From the IMG/VR virus record IMGVR_UViG_3300024259_000011: a stretch of DNA of 64,000 bases; one strand, given 5' to 3'. Position 1 is the first letter of the stretch. Every line of letters starts with the position of its first letter. A program made the position numbers and the translations under genes. This document shows positions 29,023-37,124 of this stretch, one piece after another. The stretch comes from a virus. Its lineage: Duplodnaviria > Caudoviricetes. The notes beneath the pieces were generated by a model. That model searched no databases and was not told the DNA's origin. It saw nothing but the letters and a program-made list of their open reading frames with translations.

Positions 29023-29097
29023 TGGAGCGGGAAACGAGATTTGAACTCGCGACCCTCACGTTGGCAACGTGATGCTCTACCACTGAGCTATTCCCGC
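29023..29097 (-). tRNA. trnG: tRNA-Gly(GCC)
   Basis: Canonical GCGGGAA...TTGCCAA...TTCCCGCTCCA. Confidence 0.96.
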
Positions 29098-29103
29098 ATT
29101 CAA

Positions 29104-29613
29104 CTATTTATCGCTTTGCTTTGCGCGACCATAGCCCTTTTTCCATTCCTGTTTTTCTGTACTCTTTTCAATCCCGGGATGAGGGGCTTTTTTCCGGCGC
29201 TTATTAACCAAATCGCTGCTGCTTTCGATTTTATCGCCGCCGACATTCCAAATCATTTCGATGTCCAACTCTTCGCAAACTTGTACTTCTGGAACGTTAT
29301 CGGACTTTCGATCTCCACCATTAGCAAAGTACGTTGGCTTTAAACGCCGTAGAGCCTCGCACACGGTCTCATCGTGGTCGTCTACCCATTCTACCCTTAT
29401 TACGCCCTTCAGCGCCTCTAAAATCTCTTTTCGCTGATTCCATGGCATAAACACAAATCCTTTTTTGCGAAATAGCCATGAGTCACTGTTAGCAACAACA
29501 ATAACATCGCCGTACTCGGCGGCTGCTAAAATCATCCTAACGTGTCCGATATGTACGGGGTCGAACCCCCCTGAAACTACTACCGTGTCATACGGTGTTC
29601 TTGCTTTTGTCAT
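29104..29613 (-). CDS. Cytidylyltransferase-like protein (HIGH family; TagD/RfaE-like)
   Basis: SGGFDPVHIGH, VVANSD and ANGGDR motifs. Confidence 0.88.
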   Translation of the reverse strand: MTKARTPYDTVVVSGGFDPVHIGHVRMILAAAEYGDVIVVANSDSWLFRKKGFVFMPWNQRKEILEALKGVIRVEWVDDHDETVCEALRRLKPTYFANGGDRKSDNVPEVQVCEELDIEMIWNVGGDKIESSSDLVNKRRKKAPHPGIEKSTEKQEWKKGYGRAKQSDK

Positions 29614-29779
29614 TGATTATTCCCTCCTCAATCATGTGTTTAGCGTTTCGTCCGAACCAGCCCTGTAAAGACCATGCCAGCCCAGTATCAACCAAGTGTT
29701 GCCAAGCCGCAATGACTTGTTCCTTGCTTTCTGGTTCTAAGAACCCTTCAGCGATACCGATTGCTTCAAAATTTGTCAT
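29588..29779 (-). CDS. Conserved phage hypothetical protein
   Basis: WQHLVDTGLAWSLQGWFGR motif recurrent in phage small proteins. Confidence 0.7.
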   Translation of the reverse strand: MTNFEAIGIAEGFLEPESKEQVIAAWQHLVDTGLAWSLQGWFGRNAKHMIEEGIINDKSKNTV

Positions 29780-29784
29780 ATATG

Positions 29785-29861
29785 TGGTACTCCGAGTAGG
29801 ACTTGAACCTACGACCCACAGCTTAGAAGGCTGTTGCTCTATCCAACTGAGCTACCGGAGC
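29785..29861 (-). tRNA. trnR: tRNA-Arg(TCT)
   Basis: GCTCCGG/TCGGAGT acceptor, CTTCTAA loop, CCA. Confidence 0.95.
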
Positions 29862-29865
29862 TTGT

Positions 29866-30108
29866 TTACTTGTAGTAGCTACTAACAAGCGCGTAATAAG
29901 CTACGGCTAGAGCATGGTTGTATTTCGGATCAATGCTGTCCATTATTTTAACGATTTGTAAAATGAAAATCTTTGTTTTTTCATATTCAGCTTCATCATG
30001 GATGACGCTTTCAACGATATGAAACATCTCTTTTGCTGCAGCCTCAACATCGTCTAATGCCAATAAACGTGCAGCGTATGATTTAGCGAGATTTTCGGTG
30101 TCGTCCAT
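29866..30108 (-). CDS. Hypothetical protein
   Basis: 80-aa ORF directly after a sigma70 promoter and a CTATTTA motif. Confidence 0.6.
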   Translation of the reverse strand: MDDTENLAKSYAARLLALDDVEAAAKEMFHIVESVIHDEAEYEKTKIFILQIVKIMDSIDPKYNHALAVAYYALVSSYYK

Positions 30109-30122
30109 ATCATACTAAATAG

Positions 30123-30151
30123 AATATAACATCAAATGTGGTCTTTGTCAA
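30123..30151 (-). promoter_or_regulatory. Sigma70-type promoter
   Basis: TTGACA-N17-TATATT. Confidence 0.7.
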
Positions 30152-30821
30152 GCTCTTTTTTAAAGTTCTTTAATCTAACGATTCCATCTACCACCGTAAC
30201 GTAGGTCATATGCTCTACCCAATCACCAGTATTGACATATGTTTTGATTTCTTCATTGTGATTGACCCAGATCACAGTCTCCGGTCGGTGAGAGTGTCCC
30301 ATTATTGACACGTCAACATCATTATTGAAGTCGATTATATCCCAAAGCCTTATGAGCTTACGTTTAGCTAATGCTTTGTTTGACCACCATGTTGCCAAGT
30401 CAACACTAAATCTTCTTTCCAGCCAGTCTTGGCAGACCGAGACCAACTTTAATAATATACCCTCCGCAAATCTGGACCAAAATCCTTTATCGTAACGGTC
30501 GCCGTGTTCAACTCTGAATGTTCTGCCAGAATCGGTAAAGGTATACTCTTCCATAAAGCGAATCTGGTTGAGTTCTTTGCCGGCGAATTCGTCAAAGCTG
30601 AAATCGTGATTTCCGATAATATAAACAACGCTATGAAACGATGCTATCCGATGCAGAATATCCAACGAGTGTTCTGAGAAGATGGGCACCTTCACGAAGT
30701 CCACAATATCTCCAGCCAAGATTAGTTCGTCGCATTCCACTCCATTGAGGAACTGAAGTAATTCCTCTTCCTTGCAATACGCACTCCCAATATGTAAGTC
30801 AGAGATTATTACCCGTTTCAC
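30132..30821 (-). CDS. Calcineurin-like metallophosphoesterase, LpxH-like
   Basis: SDLHIG, GDIVD, GNHD, HGDRYD, GHSH and NTGDW motifs. Confidence 0.85.
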   Translation of the reverse strand: MKRVIISDLHIGSAYCKEEELLQFLNGVECDELILAGDIVDFVKVPIFSEHSLDILHRIASFHSVVYIIGNHDFSFDEFAGKELNQIRFMEEYTFTDSGRTFRVEHGDRYDKGFWSRFAEGILLKLVSVCQDWLERRFSVDLATWWSNKALAKRKLIRLWDIIDFNNDVDVSIMGHSHRPETVIWVNHNEEIKTYVNTGDWVEHMTYVTVVDGIVRLKNFKKELDKDHI

Positions 30822-31245
30822 TATCGTCGTCAGTTTTAAATGCTGCTTTTGCAGCTTTTATAAATTTAGCTCCTATAGTATAACTATCAAGTTCCTCAAT
30901 AGTTACCCATTTATACTCAGTGTGTTCTTCACTTAGTTTTATTGTACCATTGTACTGACGTGTTTTATAAAACTTTATTCTGCCATGCTGGTGTACTTGT
31001 ACGGGGCTTGCAATGTCAAGAGTAGTTTCTTCTTTTACTTCTCTTTTGAGTCCAGCTATCTCGTCTTCATCTTCATGGATATGACCGCCCGGGAAATCCC
31101 ATTCGTTAGGGTATTTTTGTGCATCAGAACTGCGCTTTACAATCATAAACCGATCATCGGTATTGATGAGAATTATTTTGCGTATTTGATCAGAGTCCAT
31201 ATCCTCTAATATATAGTGCCGCCAATTTTCAAAAAGTTGCTTCAC
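30799..31245 (-). CDS. NUDIX hydrolase with N-terminal ENW tag
   Basis: WDFPGGHIHEDEDEIAGLKREVKEET Nudix box; begins MKQLFENWRHYILE. Confidence 0.9.
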   Translation of the reverse strand: MKQLFENWRHYILEDMDSDQIRKIILINTDDRFMIVKRSSDAQKYPNEWDFPGGHIHEDEDEIAGLKREVKEETTLDIASPVQVHQHGRIKFYKTRQYNGTIKLSEEHTEYKWVTIEELDSYTIGAKFIKAAKAAFKTDDDSETGNNL

Positions 31246-32489
31246 TGCCTAAACAGACCCACATCTACCATAACTAGTTGCCCACTATCTGGGCGCATCA
31301 TGACATTGCCTGTGTGCATGTCTCTGGGACTAAATGATTTGCCGTGCAGATATTCCATTGCGTTCAACAAACCCTCGGCTTCTGAGAATGTCTCTTGCGT
31401 GTGTTTGCCGCCGCCGCCTAATCTGGCACCTTCTGGGGCGCCGTACGTCATTGGAACGACTTGCATCTTCAGATGGTAATACATCCTATCATCAAGCTCG
31501 TATGACACACTGTCCATCACTGATTCTCTACGAGTTGAAAAGTAATCGTGGAGTTCAGGGTTGGCGTCTGGATCCAACTCATGTTTCTTGACAAAATCAG
31601 GAAGCATGTTATCGATCTTATTAAAAAAGATGTTTAATAATCGTGGTCCATGTGGCTCAAATGACGAAGCATGATAGCGTGACAAGCGACCATAGTTAAC
31701 ATACATGTTTTCTCTTGGGCTTTCGCCTGTAAGGAAAGCGTTGGTGACTTGCTTAATCAACGTGTCAAGATGCCATTTAGACCAGCGGTCCACAGCAGCA
31801 GTCATATGAGGCGAGATGGACTTAGCCATGTTTGTGATCAACTCAGTTACCGCACCTTCACTGCCGAATGTACGTTTGATTTTGCTTGTAGGAATCTCTT
31901 CGTCGGGGTCATCCATTAATAAAGTGGCCAGTACTTCCTTTGGTGCAGTAGTCAACAACTCCATAATAATCACTAACGCACCTTCTGCCATTTGATACGG
32001 CTGCTCGCGGTGGTTTACGATGTCTTTGCCGGGAATTCTGTCAACAGAGTACACATTAACAAGGTGCCGTTTTACCTCTTCGGGTAGGTTTGTTCTATTC
32101 TCCAGAATCCATCTATAATTTTGCTCTTCTTTATCAATCTGTTGACCTGCCAAGAGTGCTGATACTACTTTAACTGCAAGTCTGCGCCCTGAACGTCCTT
32201 CAATCTCCCAAATCTTTCCGTATTGCCCTTCATCAACAAAACGATTGACCCAGAAGCCTCGGTCTTCCAATATCTTCTCCAGCATACGCGGCATGACGCG
32301 CACAGGCTTCACAGGCTTGGGCGCAGTTGCTGTTGCGTCAACACTGTCGCCGCGGACACCTAAAGCCTTAAGCGCATTCTTAAGCGCGCCGCCGCGCTTC
32401 TCGTTCTCCATGTCTTTCTGGAGTTTTTTCACCAAGTCGGAAGTTTCACCCTCGGTAAACCGCCGGAAGTTTTCAAGTAGGAGTTTCAT
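31242..32489 (-). CDS. Protein kinase-like protein with N-terminal ENF tag
   Basis: EGQYGKIW, AVKVV, IIMELL and RDMHTGNVMM...MVDVGL motifs. Confidence 0.75.
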   Translation of the reverse strand: MKLLLENFRRFTEGETSDLVKKLQKDMENEKRGGALKNALKALGVRGDSVDATATAPKPVKPVRVMPRMLEKILEDRGFWVNRFVDEGQYGKIWEIEGRSGRRLAVKVVSALLAGQQIDKEEQNYRWILENRTNLPEEVKRHLVNVYSVDRIPGKDIVNHREQPYQMAEGALVIIMELLTTAPKEVLATLLMDDPDEEIPTSKIKRTFGSEGAVTELITNMAKSISPHMTAAVDRWSKWHLDTLIKQVTNAFLTGESPRENMYVNYGRLSRYHASSFEPHGPRLLNIFFNKIDNMLPDFVKKHELDPDANPELHDYFSTRRESVMDSVSYELDDRMYYHLKMQVVPMTYGAPEGARLGGGGKHTQETFSEAEGLLNAMEYLHGKSFSPRDMHTGNVMMRPDSGQLVMVDVGLFRQ

Positions 32490-32862
32490 CTATCGTCGCT
32501 CCTTGTAGTAAAACGCCAGAGGGTAAAAGAACCGAACCAAAAATCTCCAAACTATCTAAGGCGGTTTTAGCACTGCTGTTCCAATATTCTAAATCATCAG
32601 GATCACCCATCTCTTCATACTGCTGTACTATCGTCATGTTTGGTTCTATTTCGCCTCTTATTTTTTCCAACGGCACTTTTACTATTGTCGGACTCTCATA
32701 ACTATTGGCATAGTCTTTTGCGGTTTGGAAATCTCCCCAATATGTTTCAACTGCTGTGAAGTTATCAATCATTTCGTGGGCGAAATCCTTTGAGGTTCCG
32801 TGATATAAGTAACCTTGTTCTTCTTTCAAATACTCTCGCCAATTTTCAAGTAGGTCTTTCAT
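32473..32862 (-). CDS. Putative ADP-ribosyltransferase-fold protein with N-terminal ENW tag
   Basis: LYHGTS...Y...AKDYA pattern; start at MKDLLENW. Confidence 0.5.
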   Translation of the reverse strand: MKDLLENWREYLKEEQGYLYHGTSKDFAHEMIDNFTAVETYWGDFQTAKDYANSYESPTIVKVPLEKIRGEIEPNMTIVQQYEEMGDPDDLEYWNSSAKTALDSLEIFGSVLLPSGVLLQGATIDETPT

Positions 32863-33425
32863 TTTTTTAAGCCTTCGGTTCCGTACCCTCCGAGAGACCA
32901 TGAGCCGTTCATTATATGACCAACATGGTGAACATCATCAAACCCCATGGCATGACCAAGTTCGTGTTCTAAGATTCTTTCCGAATCACCCCATGCTGAC
33001 ATTATCTCAATCTTTGCTTTAAAGATTCGACCGGTATCATTATTGCGCCAAGTTTTAGTTGTGCCCAAGTGAGTTCCCATCTTAAAGCCTTGGCTCGGGA
33101 TATCGATCATTATTGTATTATATGGCACCTTTCCGCGTGCGCAGCCATAATCGTCGGAGGAGGCTTGCTTAATGTTGCCAAACTCATAACCTAATCGTTT
33201 CCAATAGCCGACAGCCCTTTCTATTCTATTCATGCTCACCGGACCTCGATGACATAATATGATGTCTGGAGGGTAACGCCATGAACCGCTGCGAGTCGGA
33301 ACATTTGATGCGAAAGTTTTTGCAGGACACACCCACGTTTCGGGAGGGGGTGATAGCTGGTCTACCGTGTGTGCCGTACGGGGAAACGGGTATGCTATAG
33401 CCGTCCAGAGAAGCAATGCTTTCAT
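32859..33425 (-). CDS. Matrixin-like (M10) metalloprotease, probably exported
   Basis: HELGHAMGFDDVH (HExxHxxGxxxxH) followed by a Met-turn; hydrophobic N-terminus. Confidence 0.75.
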   Translation of the reverse strand: MKALLLWTAIAYPFPRTAHTVDQLSPPPETWVCPAKTFASNVPTRSGSWRYPPDIILCHRGPVSMNRIERAVGYWKRLGYEFGNIKQASSDDYGCARGKVPYNTIMIDIPSQGFKMGTHLGTTKTWRNNDTGRIFKAKIEIMSAWGDSERILEHELGHAMGFDDVHHVGHIMNGSWSLGGYGTEGLKK

Positions 33426-33439
33426 TCATGTGACCTCCA

Positions 33440-33775
33440 CTATTCGTAAACAATTGCGTGTCCTTCATTTATTAATATTTGATTGACACTTTCTTGACTA
33501 CCAATAAATAGTTCGCCTAAACATCTTCCGTACTTTCCAACACCATGAGAAACCAAAACAAATCTGTCATCAGCAGCCGTCAATATTTCTAAAAGACGTG
33601 CCTTCGCTGACAGTCCTCTTTCTTTCTCAACAAGATCGCGGGTACGAGATTCTGGTGCATTAATCCCATAAAGACGAATGCGCTTCTTAACCCAAACCTC
33701 AAAGCCCAAGTCAATCAGCGCATCTATCGTATCGCCGTCAACAACACGAATCAACTTCGCATTGTATTTATACAT
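33440..33775 (-). CDS. Thermonuclease (SNase-like)
   Basis: VVDGDTID, RIRLYGINAPE and GKYGRCLG motifs. Confidence 0.9.
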   Translation of the reverse strand: MYKYNAKLIRVVDGDTIDALIDLGFEVWVKKRIRLYGINAPESRTRDLVEKERGLSAKARLLEILTAADDRFVLVSHGVGKYGRCLGELFIGSQESVNQILINEGHAIVYE

Positions 33776-34384
33776 TTATAGCAGCCCCTCGACCCAGCCT
33801 TGAATGGTTCCTTCGTTCCAGCCATTAAGCCCATGTTGTAAAACCATGTTGCGGTCAATAATAACTAGCGTTGGCCAACTTGTCACAGGATATCCATCTT
33901 CCAACGGCTCAGTCAAATCAATCATTGCGCGTGAGCCGGCGAGAACAGGAAGCGTAATGCCATGGGTCGCTGCCCAATCCTCTAAGTCATTTAGTTCAAC
34001 TGTGTCTCGCGATGCGTCTTCAATAAGGATTGTAATCCAAACAAAGTTTTCATCTCCGTACGCCTGAACCCAGTGGTCGCCTACTGGCGCAATCATGTTG
34101 CAGGGTCCACACCACATTGCTGATAAATCTACAACAATAACTTTTCCGTAATGCTGATATAGGTCCGACTGTTCGCCATACTGATCCATCAACTCAAAGT
34201 TGCAAGGGTTGTTTCCAATGTCATGAGCACAACTCTCCCATGTTGCCCATGGGTACGGCTCAAGTGGCACCGGGACTGTTGGCTGTCCAATGCCTACGAT
34301 GGCACTGTCATCTGTTATTGTGACCTCAGCAGGTCCACATGCGCCACAGCCTATGGCAAACATTAATAGCAATAATCTAATCAT
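33776..34384 (-). CDS. TlpA-like thioredoxin-fold lipoprotein
   Basis: Lipobox-like IGCGAC, DLSAMWCGPC and WPTLVIIDR. Confidence 0.8.
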   Translation of the reverse strand: MIRLLLLMFAIGCGACGPAEVTITDDSAIVGIGQPTVPVPLEPYPWATWESCAHDIGNNPCNFELMDQYGEQSDLYQHYGKVIVVDLSAMWCGPCNMIAPVGDHWVQAYGDENFVWITILIEDASRDTVELNDLEDWAATHGITLPVLAGSRAMIDLTEPLEDGYPVTSWPTLVIIDRNMVLQHGLNGWNEGTIQGWVEGLL

Positions 34385-34395
34385 CTTTTCTTCTC

Positions 34396-35025
34396 CTATG
34401 GGTTGGGGGTTCCCAACATAATCTTTAATTCATTTTCATGTCCTTGAATAGTTCTAGTGTACCAGCCGTCGATGCCCGGGTATTTACCATCCGGGTGAGG
34501 TCCGAGCCATGTAATCGGTTTTGAGGCGCCCAGTGTTTTCTGTACAACTTCCGGGTCGTCCACATAAGGGGTGTCATGATATTTCAACATAACATGTGCG
34601 ATGCCTTTAGACATCTCTGCATATGTGCCGGGTGAACGCAGCATATCTGCTGTCTTTGCTTTGTAAGCGTCGATAGACGTGCGTTTACCATCGTGTCCAG
34701 ATGCGGACAGTTTTAGTCCGGCAGGTTTGCTTTTAGCAACGCGAAGAGCATCAGGTTCCGGGTCATCGTCAATATCAATAGCTGACCAATGGTCTGCATC
34801 GCCGGGGATGTCTGAGGGGCTTTTATAATCGAAGTTGCCGCCGATGTCCTTATATGCGTTAGCAATCAGCGCGTGTAACTCATCGGTAATATCGACGTTC
34901 TCGGGATCACTTGACATGTCACTAGTAGGAATCTCTTCCCAGTTACCCTTGTCGTGTCCATAGTCAGCCCAAGTTTCTTCATTAACAAACTTGCGCCAAT
35001 TTTCCATGATGAGTTGGTGTTTCAT
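34396..35025 (-). CDS. Hypothetical protein with N-terminal ENW tag
   Basis: Begins MKHQLIMENWRKFVNEE; remainder unassigned. Confidence 0.7.
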   Translation of the reverse strand: MKHQLIMENWRKFVNEETWADYGHDKGNWEEIPTSDMSSDPENVDITDELHALIANAYKDIGGNFDYKSPSDIPGDADHWSAIDIDDDPEPDALRVAKSKPAGLKLSASGHDGKRTSIDAYKAKTADMLRSPGTYAEMSKGIAHVMLKYHDTPYVDDPEVVQKTLGASKPITWLGPHPDGKYPGIDGWYTRTIQGHENELKIMLGTPNP

Positions 35026-35279
35026 TTTACTTCGTCTACAGACTTATCCATTTCATCGTCAAAGTCAGGTCTGATCCAAACCATTGAATTGAACTGTGCC
35101 CTTTTTCTGTCAAGTAATAGAGCACCTTGTGGTTTCACAAGTTCTCCCTGAATCTCAACACCTTCAAAGTCAATCTCTGTTTTCTGTTTATAAACAACCT
35201 TGGGCTCATTTTCGTCAGCGTGTACCGGGGAAGATGATACAAGGAGTGCAAAGGTTAATAATATTTTACCACTCGCCAT
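35022..35279 (-). CDS. cglF: CglF/GltF-like adventurous gliding motility protein
   Basis: Signal peptide plus KTEIDFEGVEIQGELVKPQG...RKRAQFNSMVWIRPDFDDEMDKSVDEV, matching from recall the myxobacterial CglF pattern KTxIDF.dv.IeGEL.KP.G...F..li..R..F..El.KS.d.L. Confidence 0.7.
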   Translation of the reverse strand: MASGKILLTFALLVSSSPVHADENEPKVVYKQKTEIDFEGVEIQGELVKPQGALLLDRKRAQFNSMVWIRPDFDDEMDKSVDEVK

Positions 35280-35502
35280 CGAAGCCTGCTCCTGCGGCTA
35301 GCGCTGCCGCTAGTCTATCGACATCATCATCGCTCATATGAGCGGTAGCGTCGATAGGTTCTTCCAAAGACATGATTTGGTCATTAGTAAGTTCAGGCTC
35401 AGTGTCGTCCTCTGGTGGTGGGACATCGCCCGGGTCGTCATCGCGCTTGTATTTTCCTTCCATAAACCGTCTCCAGTTCTCCATTATTAGTTTTTGATCC
35501 AT
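35266..35502 (-). CDS. Small acidic protein with N-terminal ENW tag
   Basis: MDQKLIMENWRRFMEG after GGAGG RBS. Confidence 0.7.
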   Translation of the reverse strand: MDQKLIMENWRRFMEGKYKRDDDPGDVPPPEDDTEPELTNDQIMSLEEPIDATAHMSDDDVDRLAAALAAGAGFDGEW

Positions 35503-35589
35503 TTTAGTCTCCTCCGTACGTGACCCAAAGCTCGATGGCTTCTTTATATTCATAGATTTCTTCAAGCGGCATGCTGGCTAGTGCTCGAT

Positions 35590-35949
35590 CTAAATGCCTC
35601 TCATCTTCCACCAGCAGTACCTCTTTCTATTAAGTAAATAGTATGGATGATCCTCATTTGCATATGCTTCTCTCTCAAAAGGATTTTCGCGATATGCTTT
35701 GGCTCCGTCTCTGTACCGAACTAAGCCGATTAGGTGGAACAGTCCATAAAGAATCCACTGTCCCACAAACAAAAGTTCTAATTGCTGTTGGTAATGAATG
35801 GTCTCATGTCGTTTTGTGGTATCTGATAGCTCTCCGCGACACCAGACCCAAAACCCAAAACTAATTGCCCATATATTAATAGGCGCTAGCTTAGAAAGCC
35901 AAGCTGGTATCTTGCTGTTTTCAATAAATATCGGTTTCCATAATCTCAT
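35590..35949 (-). CDS. Small zincin-like protein
   Basis: RHETIHYQQ and NPFEREAY motifs. Confidence 0.65.
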   Translation of the reverse strand: MRLWKPIFIENSKIPAWLSKLAPINIWAISFGFWVWCRGELSDTTKRHETIHYQQQLELLFVGQWILYGLFHLIGLVRYRDGAKAYRENPFEREAYANEDHPYYLLNRKRYCWWKMRGI

Positions 35950-36118
35950 AGTTTTTCGTCTACCATCCTTATTGCCTCTTCTACATCCATGCCTTGCTTG
36001 GCTAACTCGACAACCTGCCGAACTGCTTTCTCAAGTCACGACCCAGCGAGGTCTTCACTGAAGAACTCATATGCGCGTGTATGCGCTGTAGAATGTCTCC
36101 ATGCATCAAATATCTCTT

Positions 36119-36556
36119 TCACTTCTTTTCTCCATTAGTAAGTATGTTCGTGTATCTGTTTTTTACTTTTTCACTTATCGGAATTGGTTCGCCATCACCG
36201 TCAATCCGAACATATGTGATTTCTGTAGTACACACTGTTCTTTGTGTGCCATTATATGGGCTGTGTCTTCTGGCGCCTAAACGAATTGTAATCGAGCATT
36301 CTCCTATCCTTTTGACAGAGCCATAGATCTTAATAATATGACCCGGGCGTACGGGCTTCTTAAATATTACTTCAGATAGTCTTACAGTAACAAGTCTTGG
36401 CGAGTCAATACATTGAGCCGCGTACGCTGCACCGGATTCATCTAGCCAAGCGAGCAGATCGCCGCCAAACAGGTTTCCATGAACGCCCACATCTTTCGTC
36501 TTGCAAACGTGAGTTGATATTAACTCAATCAGTGATTCTTTGTTAGGTTCTGTCAC
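36119..36556 (-). CDS. HotDog-fold acyl-CoA thioesterase
   Basis: GNLFGGDLLAWLDE and FKKPVRPG motifs. Confidence 0.88.
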   Translation of the reverse strand: MTEPNKESLIELISTHVCKTKDVGVHGNLFGGDLLAWLDESGAAYAAQCIDSPRLVTVRLSEVIFKKPVRPGHIIKIYGSVKRIGECSITIRLGARRHSPYNGTQRTVCTTEITYVRIDGDGEPIPISEKVKNRYTNILTNGEKK

Positions 36557-36560
36557 CGCT

Positions 36561-36734
36561 TTAGTCTTCTTTGTTCTCTATAGTTTTTTCAAGTTTGATT
36601 CCGAGTATGCACAGTACCCCAGAGCCTAAGGCTAACCACATTGTCTCTGGCGCACTCGTCATAAACCCAAAAGTAAAGAGTGCAATGTTAATGCCCAGTG
36701 CGGCAACACATACATCTCGCATTATTTGTTTCAT
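36561..36734 (-). CDS. 57-aa membrane protein with two hydrophobic segments
   Basis: Hand-translated MKQIMRDVCVAALGINIALFTFGF...; preceded by CTATTTA motif and a sigma70 promoter. Confidence 0.6.
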   Translation of the reverse strand: MKQIMRDVCVAALGINIALFTFGFMTSAPETMWLALGSGVLCILGIKLEKTIENKED

Positions 36735-36738
36735 ACCG

Positions 36739-36745
36739 TAAATAG
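36739..36745 (-). promoter_or_regulatory. CTATTTA motif (putative late promoter)
   Basis: 4 nt upstream of ATG 36734; recurrent motif. Confidence 0.5.
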
Positions 36746-36758
36746 TTTACGATTTCCA

Positions 36759-36787
36759 ATTATAGTTCACACGACCGTCAAAATCAA
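36759..36787 (-). promoter_or_regulatory. Sigma70-type promoter
   Basis: TTGATT-N17-TATAAT. Confidence 0.6.
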
Positions 36788-36898
36788 GTTTTTTTCTATG
36801 GACTATTTATTAGCGTACGAAGCTTATGTTGCTATTAACCTTGCCGACCGTCCGGGTAGCGTAGGGATAGTGGTGCGAGCGTACTTAGGAGGAACAAT

Positions 36899-37078
36899 GT
36901 GGAAACGAAAGACCGGAGAATACTGGCATACTTGAAGAATGCAATCAGTGAAACACTAGTAAAAATAGAAGAGCCTAAGAATCGGGAAGACCTAATTGAT
37001 GAGGTCATGAAACTTAGGAACCTAAAGCGTTCAGAGTTAACACTCAAACATATTATCGAACAAGACGATAAGAAGTAA
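36899..37078 (+). CDS. 59-aa helical protein, the only credible plus-strand gene
   Basis: GTG start 6 nt after GGAGG; ends 2 nt before a bidirectional terminator. Confidence 0.5.
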   Translation: METKDRRILAYLKNAISETLVKIEEPKNREDLIDEVMKLRNLKRSELTLKHIIEQDDKK

Positions 37079-37080
37079 TA

Positions 37081-37106
37081 AAAAAACCCGCCGAAGCGGG
37101 TTTTTT
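37081..37106. terminator. Bidirectional intrinsic terminator
   Basis: AAAAAACCCGC-CGAA-GCGGGTTTTTT; C(UUCG)G tetraloop on the minus strand. Confidence 0.9.
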
Positions 37107-37124
37107 ATTTATTAGAGGTTTTCT

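Noticed and set aside
273-33511. TAAATAG hits at 275, 3701, 17595, 23256 and 33505
   Set aside because: They lie inside coding sequence and are explained by codons such as SIY, AIY and LFI; several chance hits are expected in 64 kb.
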